From: a virus
Lineage: Duplodnaviria > Heunggongvirae > Uroviricota > Caudoviricetes
Direction: 5' to 3' (one strand)
IMG/VR virus record: IMGVR_UViG_3300023210_000016
Length of the DNA: 64,000 nt
Position numbers and translations under genes: made by a program. Below the pieces are notes generated by a model. That model saw only the letters and a list, made by a program, of their open reading frames with translations, did not search any database and was not told where the DNA came from. Positions within the stretch are counted from its first letter, which is position 1; every line of letters starts with the position of its first letter. This document shows, piece by piece, positions 9,544 to 19,818 of this stretch.

Positions 9544-9972
9544 TTAGAATCTGCCACGTTTTTTCCAATACCTCAACCATTTAGGAAATGATTTCGCTGC
9601 CGGTGCCATATCTAGATTGTACTCGGCGCGTTTGATGCGTGTTTCTATTCGCTCCATAGCTTTTCCCAATGGTGATTTGTCGTACCGAAACTGTCGCGGT
9701 AGCTTGGGTACGGAAACAGTTTCTCCCGTGAATTCAGCCATGCTTTGATGACCTTTGGAAGAGTTACATGGAACACACGCGACAACAGTGTTGTCATCAC
9801 GATGGTAACGTCCAGTATCTTTCAATGGAATGATATGATCAACTGTTGCCGTTTTGTAATCAAGTTTGCACTCACAGTAGTAGCATTTAAACCTTTGCTC
9901 CCGAAGCTTCCGGTCCCGATTCAGGCGATAGAAAGCTTTTTCTGTGCGTGATCTGAGTTTAACGTGCCCCAT
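9544..9972 (-). CDS. HNH endonuclease, 142 aa
   Basis: 'CYYCECKLDYKTATVDHIIPLKDTGRYHRDDNTVVACVPCNSSKG' (C-x2-C...H...N...H/C-x2-C). Confidence 0.75.
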   Translation of the reverse strand: MGHVKLRSRTEKAFYRLNRDRKLREQRFKCYYCECKLDYKTATVDHIIPLKDTGRYHRDDNTVVACVPCNSSKGHQSMAEFTGETVSVPKLPRQFRYDKSPLGKAMERIETRIKRAEYNLDMAPAAKSFPKWLRYWKKRGRF

Positions 9973-10180
9973 AGACTTCTACCGCAGAATCCAACATAGT
10001 TGATGCCAGCATGCGGAATTGATCAGCAGCGTCCACTGTTGGGAAAAAGAAAACCTGTTTTAGTTTCCCGAAGCGATCCGTTCCAAGTTCCATGATGTCT
10101 GACGGTCCCATGCCAATTTCAAAATGATCAGTGAAATCGACATTTGTTGCGAACGTCACGATTTTGTTCAATTTATCCAT
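9959..10180 (-). CDS. Hypothetical protein, 73 aa
   Basis: ORF between the AP2 and HNH genes. Confidence 0.4.
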   Translation of the reverse strand: MDKLNKIVTFATNVDFTDHFEIGMGPSDIMELGTDRFGKLKQVFFFPTVDAADQFRMLASTMLDSAVEVYGAR

Positions 10181-10181
10181 C

Positions 10182-10442
10182 TTAGTACCTCATGAATTTC
10201 AAGCGTTCAGGCAAGTTCTTGCGATTTTGGTAGTTCAAGGTAGCAGAAGTGAAGAAACCTTCATCGTTCTTCACCTTCGTCACCAAACCGGCTGCATGCT
10301 TAACTGCAGCTTCTTCAGAACCGTATTTGTAGTTAGTGGTGTACACCAACCGGCGAGACTTGTCCTTGAACACTCGTACGCGCCACTTACCTTTGCGGTG
10401 CTCACGAAATGCTTTGATCTCATATGAATCAACTTTGGTCAT
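10182..10442 (-). CDS. AP2-domain DNA-binding protein, 86 aa
   Basis: 'GKWRVRVFKDKSRRLVYTTNYKYGSEEAAVKHAAGL' fits the AP2/ERF pattern (G.W.A.I.....LG.F.T.EEAA.AYD.AA); RBS AGGAGG. Confidence 0.55.
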   Translation of the reverse strand: MTKVDSYEIKAFREHRKGKWRVRVFKDKSRRLVYTTNYKYGSEEAAVKHAAGLVTKVKNDEGFFTSATLNYQNRKNLPERLKFMRY

Positions 10443-10465
10443 TTGCTTCCTCCTGATTAGTCTAT

Positions 10466-10493
10466 ACTATACCAGAATTTTGCATGGTGTCAA
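10466..10493 (-). promoter_or_regulatory. sigma70-like promoter TTGACA-N16-TATAGT (minus strand) driving the AP2/HNH operon
   Basis: Read directly: tgtcaa at 10488..10493 and actata at 10466..10471 on the + strand. Confidence 0.55.
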
Positions 10494-10774
10494 GTGTTTT
10501 CCTGTAGTGGGATATTAGTAAAGCATATCATCAACTCTGATGCGACAATCGTTCAAGTCTATCGTGCCATCGAGTATCATTTTTTCAACAGAGGCTACAA
10601 TGGCATCTTCTTTATCCCTGAGTCCCGCCAGCGCCACGTTCGGATTTTTGAAACCATGATCTTCGATATCAACGTAGCAGTTAACAATAACAAATCTGTC
10701 CATCGGAAGTCTCCCTAGTTGTTGGTGTTGAAGTATAAATTGAAGTATAACATGGAGTCTCGGGATGTCAACAA

Positions 10775-11899
10775 TTAATCCAATAGAATCTTCAATAATT
10801 CCTGATCTTCGCGCTGTATCTTTGATTTCGCTGGGCGATATGATACCTGTGTGGTGATTTGATCTTGCTCTTCATACAGTTTCAGGTCTAATACAAGTGC
10901 ATCATCTTTAACTCTTCGGTAATGTCCTTGGTCAAAGTATTCTACCTTTGCATGACCATCAATTCGTGCTGCCGATTTGTCACTAGGCGTGAACATATAG
11001 GTTCGTGGCTCAAACTGTAATGATTCACGCTCGGCCTCAATGGCTTGCATTTCCAACTCGAATGCGGTTTCACGTGATGGGGTGAACACAACTTCTGCTG
11101 CACGTGTACTGATTTCAGTTTCTGCTGGTACAAGATACGTATCCAATGGTTTTGTGTAAACTCGCGGAATAATGCCCTTGAACATTGTTTCCGCTGTACC
11201 ATCAAGTTGTAGCGTACGGCGTCTGGACCAACCTTTGTAAATGTAATGGTGTGCTGGCTCGAAGTATTCTGGACGTTTTCTTCTGGCTCGTGTGAACTGA
11301 ATGAAAGCACCTGCACCCCGACCCTGTTCTCCACTGAGTTCTGAAGCAAGTCCCTCGCCGCCTGTAACAAGTCCACCAGTGCCCGTGAATACATTGTGAA
11401 TGTTCTCATCAGCGTTTCCGCCCATAACAATACCACCAACACCAGTCCATTTGTAGACAACATATGCGCCAGCAGTGCCGCCCATCGTAATACCACCAAC
11501 ACCAGTGTAAGGAATGCCCGGTATCCACCCCGTTTGTGGTGAACCGAGAACCTGAATGTTTCCATCTGCATAGTAACGATAAATCGTGTTGGATGCATTT
11601 GTGAATGTCCAATTCGCTGAACCACGAACTTGAATGTTTCCATATGCTGGCCAGTGGTAATGGTACAGTCCATTAAGATATGAAATCCAAGGGGCACAGC
11701 CACCAGTGAAGATGTCACCGCCAACTCCTACTGCGATATATCCGCGAGTTACATCTGCGGCACCGCCGGTATTAATATCGGCAGTTAGATCAGTTACATG
11801 TGATAGTATACCTTGTGTGGCAACACTAAGGGTATCAATTGGTCCCTGTAAACCTTGGGAACCTGTTTGACTTGGATCGTTTTCAGTCGGACCAGCCAT
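10775..11899 (-). CDS. Gly-rich repeat tail fibre/baseplate protein, 374 aa
   Basis: Tandem 'TGVGGI(T/V)MGG' repeats; part of a contiguous minus-strand structural block. Confidence 0.55.
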   Translation of the reverse strand: MAGPTENDPSQTGSQGLQGPIDTLSVATQGILSHVTDLTADINTGGAADVTRGYIAVGVGGDIFTGGCAPWISYLNGLYHYHWPAYGNIQVRGSANWTFTNASNTIYRYYADGNIQVLGSPQTGWIPGIPYTGVGGITMGGTAGAYVVYKWTGVGGIVMGGNADENIHNVFTGTGGLVTGGEGLASELSGEQGRGAGAFIQFTRARRKRPEYFEPAHHYIYKGWSRRRTLQLDGTAETMFKGIIPRVYTKPLDTYLVPAETEISTRAAEVVFTPSRETAFELEMQAIEAERESLQFEPRTYMFTPSDKSAARIDGHAKVEYFDQGHYRRVKDDALVLDLKLYEEQDQITTQVSYRPAKSKIQREDQELLKILLD

Positions 11900-11903
11900 G
11901 CTG

Positions 11904-12530
11904 TTATCCGCTGTCGGTGCGCGTTACCGTTACCGTTGTATCGTCGCCAACAGTGACTTCACCAATAGTCTGTGTAATTGTTCCAGCCGTTCTGGAAGTA
12001 GGATCGACAACCAATGGATTGTCGCTATCCAAGCCGTGAAGTTTGTGGAGATCATCAAGTTCTTGAACAGAATTGATATCGAGAAGAGCACCGGTTTCAA
12101 CAATGTCAACCAAGTTCGACACGTTAAAGGTAATTTGAATGTTCCAATTCTCGATGGTATTTACGAACACGTCATCTCCCTCAACAGTATAAACGTTACC
12201 GTTGATGGCCAAGTTATGATCGCCTTCCCATGTTCTCATGCGCCATCCATTTTCCAAGAAGTACGTGATACCAAGGGTACGTGCTCCGGGGAGTGGGTTA
12301 CCACCAACGGCGGTCATCGCAAATAGGTATTGTGAATTCTGATAATGTGGGTCCATCTGCCACTCTTTCCAGTTCGAATACACATCTTCTTTGAAGTCAA
12401 GACTGGTAACGCCGGGGTTCACTAATATGAGTTTGTTCGGTCCATCAAACGTTACTGCTTGATTGCCAAATACATCATTGACTGCATATGTGTCCCAAAA
12501 TGTCCAATTACCGAAGCCGAGTGCTAGCAT
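11904..12530 (-). CDS. Structural (tail fibre/baseplate-associated) protein, 208 aa
   Basis: Contiguous with neighbouring fibre genes; no motif. Confidence 0.45.
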   Translation of the reverse strand: MLALGFGNWTFWDTYAVNDVFGNQAVTFDGPNKLILVNPGVTSLDFKEDVYSNWKEWQMDPHYQNSQYLFAMTAVGGNPLPGARTLGITYFLENGWRMRTWEGDHNLAINGNVYTVEGDDVFVNTIENWNIQITFNVSNLVDIVETGALLDINSVQELDDLHKLHGLDSDNPLVVDPTSRTAGTITQTIGEVTVGDDTTVTVTRTDSG

Positions 12531-12539
12531 TTAAGCTCC

Positions 12540-14171
12540 TTACAACTGAATTTCTGACCAGTCTACAGAATACAAGAACAGCCCTGTGCCTGTCTCAATA
12601 ACTTGAATACTTATCGACAAGGTTTGTTGTGTAGTGTTATCGCCTTCTAAAATGAACTGCGCAATGTTAAATAATTCGTTGCTGACGTTGTCGGTTAATA
12701 CGTTATAATCAGAGACAGCACTAGCCGAACCAATTCTCGACCAGATTATCTCACCACCACTTACTGCGGTCGCCGTAGTATCCACTTCCACCGCTGAGTT
12801 TGTGGTATCGTGTGGGGCAAAAACTGCGCCAGTCAATACGGATGGGTCTCTGCGAATTCTAATAACATATTGGAAAGCTGCATTGTTGCCGATGCTAAGT
12901 CCAACAAGATTGCTGATAACAGAGTTTCTAATGCCCTGATATGTCGTAGCCGCTCTCAGACTCATAATTGGCTTTTCGCCATCTGTATCCGCGATGCTTT
13001 TTCTTGCAGCGACCACTGCGGTGTGACGTGTTGTGTTTCTAGAAATATTACCCAGAGCTTTTACGGTAGCACAAGCAAAACGCATTTGGCTATTGCCCGA
13101 TGCAATGCCAGTGTTAGTTACTTCCAATCTGATTGGCAATGTGCCTGTGCGCATGTAAACTTGTGTCAGGTTGTTAGCATTTTCAAACGTGTGGCCAACT
13201 CTCTTCTCGCCCCATTCAGTAATCATGCCCATTCGTACCTTACCAGCACCTAACCATTGATAATCAAACCACATGAGATTCATGTTTAATGGGTTCCATG
13301 TAAATGGTCGCGTTGAAGAACCGTCTAATTTATTATCTGAGAAATCTGCTTGCGCAACTCTTGTATCTACTGCCGAAGAACCGTCTGCTGCACTACTACG
13401 AATTACTGCGTACAGTGTTGTTCCATCTAGTTCAAAGAATATTCCATTGTCATCATCGAAATAACCCCAACGACGACGAACGTTTGCTTTGCCGACATCA
13501 CCCATGACAATAGTCATTTCGATCAAGTTACCTGTTCCGGGTTGATACGGATGATACAAATGTGATTGTCTTACCGCACTAGCACCAGAGCCGGTGCCGC
13601 CGGTATCCAATAAAACAGAAGATTCGTTTTGAAGATATGTAATAGAACCTGTTCCTGCAGTGACATCGTACCATGCTTCTGGGTGTTCGGTGTATGTGTG
13701 GCTGTGATCGGAAATTGTGTTTTGTTCTGCAGAAAGCAAATCACCAAACGGACTGAACAATGGCGTACCGTCTTTGAATGTTATCTTCTGCGCACCATCA
13801 GCATCTAGTCGCTGTCTGAATTCTGGATTGTCTGGGTCAGTTAATACCATCAATTGGTATTCAGCATCGATCTGACTCGTGGACAGTGGAACGTTTGCTA
13901 CGCCCTTAGTGACAGCAGATACCTGCAGGTTTTCGTCGTTTGTGAAGGTTCCCGTGACTGTTTTCAGATACAATTCACCATCCGTTCCGGGTGTAAACCC
14001 AGTAACATTGATGGCAGTAACCGTACCTGTTGCAGAAGAGGAAACGCCCGTAACGACATCGCCAATTGCGAAACCGCCGTTTGTTTCGTTATCAAACGGT
14101 ACTAACGATCTGGCAACGGACCCGATTTTCTTACCAGTACTATCTGGTGGGACTCTCACGAATGATGGCAT
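12540..14171 (-). CDS. Large structural protein, 543 aa (tail/baseplate)
   Basis: Long ORF in the structural block; G/T/S-rich. Confidence 0.5.
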   Translation of the reverse strand: MPSFVRVPPDSTGKKIGSVARSLVPFDNETNGGFAIGDVVTGVSSSATGTVTAINVTGFTPGTDGELYLKTVTGTFTNDENLQVSAVTKGVANVPLSTSQIDAEYQLMVLTDPDNPEFRQRLDADGAQKITFKDGTPLFSPFGDLLSAEQNTISDHSHTYTEHPEAWYDVTAGTGSITYLQNESSVLLDTGGTGSGASAVRQSHLYHPYQPGTGNLIEMTIVMGDVGKANVRRRWGYFDDDNGIFFELDGTTLYAVIRSSAADGSSAVDTRVAQADFSDNKLDGSSTRPFTWNPLNMNLMWFDYQWLGAGKVRMGMITEWGEKRVGHTFENANNLTQVYMRTGTLPIRLEVTNTGIASGNSQMRFACATVKALGNISRNTTRHTAVVAARKSIADTDGEKPIMSLRAATTYQGIRNSVISNLVGLSIGNNAAFQYVIRIRRDPSVLTGAVFAPHDTTNSAVEVDTTATAVSGGEIIWSRIGSASAVSDYNVLTDNVSNELFNIAQFILEGDNTTQQTLSISIQVIETGTGLFLYSVDWSEIQL

Positions 14172-14240
14172 ATTTTAATCCTTGACGTATTTTATATATT
14201 TAGCTGTTTTGCACCGTATCTTGGATTTAGTAAATACAGA

Positions 14241-14888
14241 ATGCAAGTGAAAACCGTACTGTACTCCTACAAATACAAGATGTGCTACATTCCGATCTAC
14301 AAAAACGCATCTATAACGTTCACTGAGTTCTTCTTGGAGAATGGATGGTTCAGTATGAGCTTGGATGATGTTCGGGGTAAGGAAGTACAACTATATTTTG
14401 CCCATATACAACACCCATACGCCCGATTCCTGAAAGGTATCACCCAAATACTGTACAGTCGGAATAAACGTGCTGCATTACACGGACCTGAAGGTATTTT
14501 CGCACTTAAAACCTACCATGACCCCCATGTGATGGCGATATCAGACTGGATACCGAAAGACATCCTCAAGGACACACATTTCATACCGATGGATGCACCA
14601 AATGGTTGTAATTCGGCAACTAACAAGTTTTTCGATGATATGTGGATGAATCTGAGTATTCAGACAATCAAGCATCAATCGACCAATGCCCAAAAGAATG
14701 CATTAGAAGAAGTCAAGAAATCGTATGGGTTACATATTGATCCGAAGGGAAATCAGTTGTATCGTGATATCATTCAGGTGTACGCAACTGATCTCGCATT
14801 GCATCAGGAAGCCTTGGTAAGAGAAAATCCCGAACCATCAACTTTCAGGCGGCGAGTCTTGGAGTTTTTCGGCAAATTCGTTTCGTGA
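14241..14888 (+). CDS. Hypothetical protein, 215 aa, opposite strand inside the fibre module (moron-like)
   Basis: Only sizeable +-strand ORF in 10.7-26 kb that does not overlap a minus-strand gene. Confidence 0.45.
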   Translation: MQVKTVLYSYKYKMCYIPIYKNASITFTEFFLENGWFSMSLDDVRGKEVQLYFAHIQHPYARFLKGITQILYSRNKRAALHGPEGIFALKTYHDPHVMAISDWIPKDILKDTHFIPMDAPNGCNSATNKFFDDMWMNLSIQTIKHQSTNAQKNALEEVKKSYGLHIDPKGNQLYRDIIQVYATDLALHQEALVRENPEPSTFRRRVLEFFGKFVS

Positions 14889-15380
14889 GAACATCTGAAC
14901 ATTGCCCAAACCTTCGAGAACTCTAACAAGTTGTTCATTAGTTGGAATATACACAACACCTTGTGCTTTTACGTTCTCTTCCAAGATAGGCCAAACCTCA
15001 TTCCAGTTATAACCCATCAATGTCATAGCAAAACAATCTTGACCTAATGCTTCGATCTTTTGATCAATGCTTTGGAACATCTTGGGTAATCGACCGAAGT
15101 CCATTTTTCCATGAATATCATACATCATGCAATGCGCAATAACGCGATTGTTTCCGGGAGTATGTGTCCATAACACATCGCCTTGTTCTGGTGGATCGCC
15201 CGGAATGTCTGGATTAGCAATGGACCCGATAAGTCCTACAATACTCTCGGTAACACTGGGAAATGTTTCTTCGATCAATGTCTGGTTATCGTTTGGGTTT
15301 TGAAAATCATTCTGACAATCGTACATCACGATCTGTTCACCTGAGTTATTGATTGGCTGTTCTAAGTATAGTAACTTCAT
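14838..15380 (-). CDS. Hypothetical protein, 180 aa
   Basis: ORF. Confidence 0.45.
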   Translation of the reverse strand: MKLLYLEQPINNSGEQIVMYDCQNDFQNPNDNQTLIEETFPSVTESIVGLIGSIANPDIPGDPPEQGDVLWTHTPGNNRVIAHCMMYDIHGKMDFGRLPKMFQSIDQKIEALGQDCFAMTLMGYNWNEVWPILEENVKAQGVVYIPTNEQLVRVLEGLGNVQMFSRNEFAEKLQDSPPES

Positions 15381-15817
15381 ACTGGTCTCTTGTCGGTATA
15401 CATTTGCTCGGTAAATCCTGATGGATACATTGATCCGAATTCATCTACGCCACCACCTGTACTGAACCATTTGTCTTTACGGATCACTTGGAAAGGATTC
15501 TGAACTGATACGTCCCATATCCATGTGAAGGTTCCCCATCGCATGTTCAGGTTATGATCTAATTGGTCTTCGAAAATCTCTTTGAATACCTGTTCACGTA
15601 AACCGGCATCTTCGTATGTTCTGAGTTCGACCTGTTTGGCAATTTTCAATAACATTTTACGAACACGTCTTCTTTGGCGCGAAGCATCTTGGGGTGACTT
15701 CGGCGGTGCCAACCATTCTTGTCTTAGTTTGAGCTTTCGTGCAGCATCAGAAGTACCACCACCTTGTGCTAATTCGAGTAGTTCTTCGGGTGACATATTT
15801 GCTGGATCGACGGTCAT
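15377..15817 (-). CDS. Hypothetical protein, 146 aa
   Basis: ORF; overlaps the upstream stop (ATGA). Confidence 0.45.
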   Translation of the reverse strand: MTVDPANMSPEELLELAQGGGTSDAARKLKLRQEWLAPPKSPQDASRQRRRVRKMLLKIAKQVELRTYEDAGLREQVFKEIFEDQLDHNLNMRWGTFTWIWDVSVQNPFQVIRKDKWFSTGGGVDEFGSMYPSGFTEQMYTDKRPV

Positions 15818-15844
15818 ATTTGGTTCCTTTAATGTATTTATTCA

Positions 15845-15878
15845 TAAAAAATGGAGGGATATAAAATCCCCCCATTAG
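15845..15878 (-). terminator. Rho-independent terminator (GGGGGGAT-TTTAT-ATCCCTCC + T6) downstream of the 1272-aa fibre gene
   Basis: Hairpin plus U-tract read on the minus strand. Confidence 0.55.
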
Positions 15879-15890
15879 TTAACATTTATA

Positions 15891-15941
15891 TTCCTCTCTC
15901 ATGTTATGCTGTATTTATACAACAACGGCATGAGAGAGGAA
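15891..15941 (-). promoter_or_regulatory. 13-bp perfect inverted repeat (TTCCTCTCTCATG/CATGAGAGAGGAA) with a 25-nt loop containing TATAAATA (T4-type late-promoter motif, minus strand)
   Basis: Read directly; immediately 3' of the fibre gene stop (15959). Confidence 0.45.
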
Positions 15942-15958
15942 TTAATTAGATACAACTA

Positions 15959-18900
15959 TTAGGCGTTTGAATAGTTTCTTTCAAGCGCAGCGGTAGCTGA
16001 AATTGTGATACCGGTTGCCTCTGTGATTGTACCTGTTGATACAACGTACTGTGCCAAGGTAAGTCCGATAGCAACCAGCGTAACTGGAGCATCGACTGAC
16101 TTACTTGCGGTACCGCGTTGATCATTACCATCATAATCGTACGTGAACGGGATAAGAATGGTACCAGCGGAGTCAGCGGTTCTTGCTGTTCCTGTGTGGT
16201 TACCAGAACCGTTAACGTCACCTTGGATGGCAACAATCGGACTAGAAGCATCATTCACGATGATAGCATCTTTGGTTCCGTGATCTCGTCCGATGTTTTC
16301 GCCAGCATCGTCGTTCGCGAAGAACAACCAATATTTACTGGAGGCATCATCAGTCAAGTTTTTGTTGAATGCGAGGTTACCAGAACTGGTGAACGGGAAG
16401 TTACGGCCAGTACCGGTAGCATCGTTGAACGTCGCGTTGTTAATATCGCCTGATGCAAGATCATCGATAAACAAGTTCAAACCAGTACCTGTAGGTGTTG
16501 CGAAACTCATCAATAGATCGGTGATATCACCACGCTTGTTAGCGCCTGTGTTATCAATGTCGGTTGATTGACGCATCTGGTGCTGCACTTTCTCGAAGTG
16601 TTGTGTCAGTGTAGCATCGTTTCCTGAAAGTTTCCAGTTAAATCCGAATACAGCAGCGTTACCTTGGATATCCGTACCAATTGTTCGATTGAAACCATTG
16701 AACAGTGTAACGATAGCTGCGGTGTCCACGGTGTCGGTAATACCAAGTCTATCAGTTGCTTCGTTGGCAGTTGTTGACAACAATGTTACAATACCAGTGG
16801 TATTCGACTTAACAGTGTAGATACCATTGTTCGAAGTTTGGGTAGCATTGGTAACTGTTAGAATGGTACCAGCACCCATGCTTGTGGTATCCCATGTTCC
16901 ACCGTTATTATCGATGGTGTCAAGGTTTGTACCTGTGCCTTTGTTGAAGTCATAGCTTGTTGGTGTTGTGGTATCAATATCAAATTGCTTCCACTGTAGC
17001 CACATGCTTGGTTCAAATACTTGATAACCAATAGCTGCTTCGGTTGTTGCGGGGAAGTCACCCTCTACATCAGTTGTATCAAGATATAGGACAGTATCAG
17101 TTGGATTAGAGGCACCTGTTGTGGATGAATCTAGAACCTTGAAAATACCATTGTATTGACCAGAAACAGTTGAGTCGAATGTTGCACCCGTGCCTGTTGG
17201 GGCAGACCATGACGTAATTGTTGGTCCGGTGGCAGATTCTACACCGATACGTTCGATGATGGTCTTTGTGATAACACCACCTGTTACGCCCTTTACGCGA
17301 AGACGTGGAACAGTTGTCCAGTTTGCACCGACAGCAGTGATCAATTCATCAAGAACATAACCTGTTCCACCACCCGTAATCGTGTGATCGATAAGAACTT
17401 CTTTACTGTCCGTGATTTTAACCATGTCGCCCTGTTGTACACCCAAGAATGGCAGACTGTTGTTATTGCCAGCAGTCGTATCTGTGATTGTACCAACTGC
17501 GGTAGTACCAGTGTTTTTGATACCGGTGTTTGCAGTGTAATCCTGTGCAGCATTAGTCTGTGAAGACTTATCAGCAGCAAGGATGTATGAATCAACAGTG
17601 TATGTAATACCAGTTTCATCAAGTGCTGTTACAGAACTCCAATCAGTTGTGAAGTCAGCATCGTCAGCAATTGTCAATGTGGTATCACTAGTGATAGAAC
17701 CAACAGTCCATGAGTTAATCAAAGCTGTTCTTGTGTTGGTCGTTGCCGAAATTGTCACCGTGTCGCCGGGCTGAATTGTGTCAACACGGAAATCGAAGGT
17801 TGCACCTGAACCAGAACCAGAGAGGTTCAGAGCAACGTTTGCCTGAAATGACATTGTGCCAGTTGCGGACCATGCGCCCGGATTAGTGATTGTCACGGTA
17901 GAAATCGCAGAACCACTCAGTGTTGCCACTGTGATAACTGGTGCAATTGTTTCAGTCGCTGTGCCCGGAGTTGGCTCAAAAGTATCACCAACTGCATAAC
18001 CTGTTCCACCGGCAACGATATCGATAGTTACGATATGAAGATCAGTGAAGAATGCATTTGCATCTGTGAAGATGTTATCTGCAGTCGGTGTTGCGTTGAT
18101 GGAACCAGTTGCACTGGTTGCCAATTTGTATACGTTCTTCCAAGGAGCTTTACCAAGGATAGCACCATCGGTTTCAACGATAGCAGCATCAGTAGCGTGA
18201 GCAAGTGGGAAACGGTTAACAATGGTCTGAATGGTTGACACACCAATATCAGAGATTTGCGAACCAGCGTATGTTCTAGCTTTCTTACGTGCGAACAATT
18301 TCAAGAACGTTGTTTTATCTTCGTTTGTGTCGGCAGTACCGTTCTGATCAGTGTCAAGCCAAATACGAATAGGCTCATTCACAACACCAAGGAAGGTAAA
18401 GTCAACTGGCGTGTTAACCACGTGAAGCTGTTGGTAGTACACCTGAGTATCAGAGTCCACATTACCCAGTGTGATGATACCTGTATATCTTTCAAGATCG
18501 GCGGTGTTAACCACGTTCTTATCAGCCCAACCACCCGTACGAACCTTCTTACGAGAGTAATCATTAAACCATGTCCACGCATCGTGAGAAGCACCACCAC
18601 CGATTTCGAACTGCTCCGACGTAATAGCTTCAATTGGAAATTCGAAGCGGATCAAGTCGTTGACATATTGTTCGGTAGCCAAGTTACCTTCGTTAGATAT
18701 GTTATCACTTGGGATATATTCATCAGCAGCAATACTATCATCTTTCCACTCTTCTTTAGAGTATGAGTAAATAGCCTGCATTGTAACACCATCAGCGATA
18801 TCACCAAGGCCATCACCAGAGGTGGTGTTGCCGTTGATTGATTCGGAGGTGTTTGCGCCGTTTGTGTACATTGAGATCAATAGACGATCATGCAATGTGT

Positions 18901-19777
18901 GTACTTGGGATGCTGGTTTAGATGTCAGAGAAATCGGAACCGGCGTGGCTGCGATTGCGTTTGCATATGTAAGAGCAAGCTTGATGCTACCTATTGCATT
19001 ACGAATGACGTAGTATACGCCACCTGTTGCCAATCCGCCAATGTCTGTACCAACAGAACCATCGTAGACAACTTCATCACCATCGTTGTAACCGTGACCG
19101 ACCATTGTGATAACGTTGGTTGATGTATCAACGGCTGTGTTAGCGTTGAATGTTGTATCTGCGACTGTTAGTCCAGCAGAAACTGCACCAGAAGTACCAA
19201 GATCGATGTCTGTTACGATCAATTTTGTAGTATCAACGTTAGTCACATAGTAGTGGCCAGCACCTGCGGAGTTCTGTACGGAAACAACGTCGCCGACAAC
19301 TACGCCGGTTTTAACATAAGTTTCACCAGCTACCAAAGAAATCCAACCGGATGTCAGTGTTGATCCATCCATTGATTCTGCGTATGCATTGACAATGGTA
19401 GAAGTATGAACTGTGTGAGTTCCTGATCCGTCACCAGAAAGCGCGACAGGAGTTGTTCCTGCTACTGCGGCGTCAAATGATGCATACAATTTTGCAGTTG
19501 TTGTTGTGAGGGAACCGACATAATATTCGGTTCCAGCCACATAACCTACTGGAAGAGTACCGACTGTAGTAACATAAACGATGTCACCTGTGTCCCATTT
19601 GGTATCGACAGAACCGCCCGCTGGGGTGATCAAATCTGATGCAAAAGTTGACGTGAATGTTGCGTCTGCGGATACACGTTGTGTGTCTCCGATTGGGTAG
19701 ATACTTACTTGTTGTGACGATGTTCCGAAAATCACATCAAAGCGACTAAGGGTATCTGGATCGGTAATAACAGCCAT
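15959..19777 (-). CDS. Giant tail fibre protein, 1272 aa
   Basis: Very long T/G/S/A-rich ORF; RBS AGGAG; TATAAATA motif at 19816..19823 (minus strand) ~40 nt upstream. Confidence 0.65.
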   Translation of the reverse strand: MAVITDPDTLSRFDVIFGTSSQQVSIYPIGDTQRVSADATFTSTFASDLITPAGGSVDTKWDTGDIVYVTTVGTLPVGYVAGTEYYVGSLTTTTAKLYASFDAAVAGTTPVALSGDGSGTHTVHTSTIVNAYAESMDGSTLTSGWISLVAGETYVKTGVVVGDVVSVQNSAGAGHYYVTNVDTTKLIVTDIDLGTSGAVSAGLTVADTTFNANTAVDTSTNVITMVGHGYNDGDEVVYDGSVGTDIGGLATGGVYYVIRNAIGSIKLALTYANAIAATPVPISLTSKPASQVHTLHDRLLISMYTNGANTSESINGNTTSGDGLGDIADGVTMQAIYSYSKEEWKDDSIAADEYIPSDNISNEGNLATEQYVNDLIRFEFPIEAITSEQFEIGGGASHDAWTWFNDYSRKKVRTGGWADKNVVNTADLERYTGIITLGNVDSDTQVYYQQLHVVNTPVDFTFLGVVNEPIRIWLDTDQNGTADTNEDKTTFLKLFARKKARTYAGSQISDIGVSTIQTIVNRFPLAHATDAAIVETDGAILGKAPWKNVYKLATSATGSINATPTADNIFTDANAFFTDLHIVTIDIVAGGTGYAVGDTFEPTPGTATETIAPVITVATLSGSAISTVTITNPGAWSATGTMSFQANVALNLSGSGSGATFDFRVDTIQPGDTVTISATTNTRTALINSWTVGSITSDTTLTIADDADFTTDWSSVTALDETGITYTVDSYILAADKSSQTNAAQDYTANTGIKNTGTTAVGTITDTTAGNNNSLPFLGVQQGDMVKITDSKEVLIDHTITGGGTGYVLDELITAVGANWTTVPRLRVKGVTGGVITKTIIERIGVESATGPTITSWSAPTGTGATFDSTVSGQYNGIFKVLDSSTTGASNPTDTVLYLDTTDVEGDFPATTEAAIGYQVFEPSMWLQWKQFDIDTTTPTSYDFNKGTGTNLDTIDNNGGTWDTTSMGAGTILTVTNATQTSNNGIYTVKSNTTGIVTLLSTTANEATDRLGITDTVDTAAIVTLFNGFNRTIGTDIQGNAAVFGFNWKLSGNDATLTQHFEKVQHQMRQSTDIDNTGANKRGDITDLLMSFATPTGTGLNLFIDDLASGDINNATFNDATGTGRNFPFTSSGNLAFNKNLTDDASSKYWLFFANDDAGENIGRDHGTKDAIIVNDASSPIVAIQGDVNGSGNHTGTARTADSAGTILIPFTYDYDGNDQRGTASKSVDAPVTLVAIGLTLAQYVVSTGTITEATGITISATAALERNYSNA

Positions 19778-19818
19778 TTTTCTTAACTCCTAAAAGAATA
19801 CTATATATGTTATTGTAT

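Noticed and set aside
12540-14171. 543-aa protein considered as a major capsid protein
   Set aside because: No HK97 or T4 gp23-like motifs were recognisable. Its composition and position inside the fibre block favour a tail/baseplate component, so no capsid call was made.
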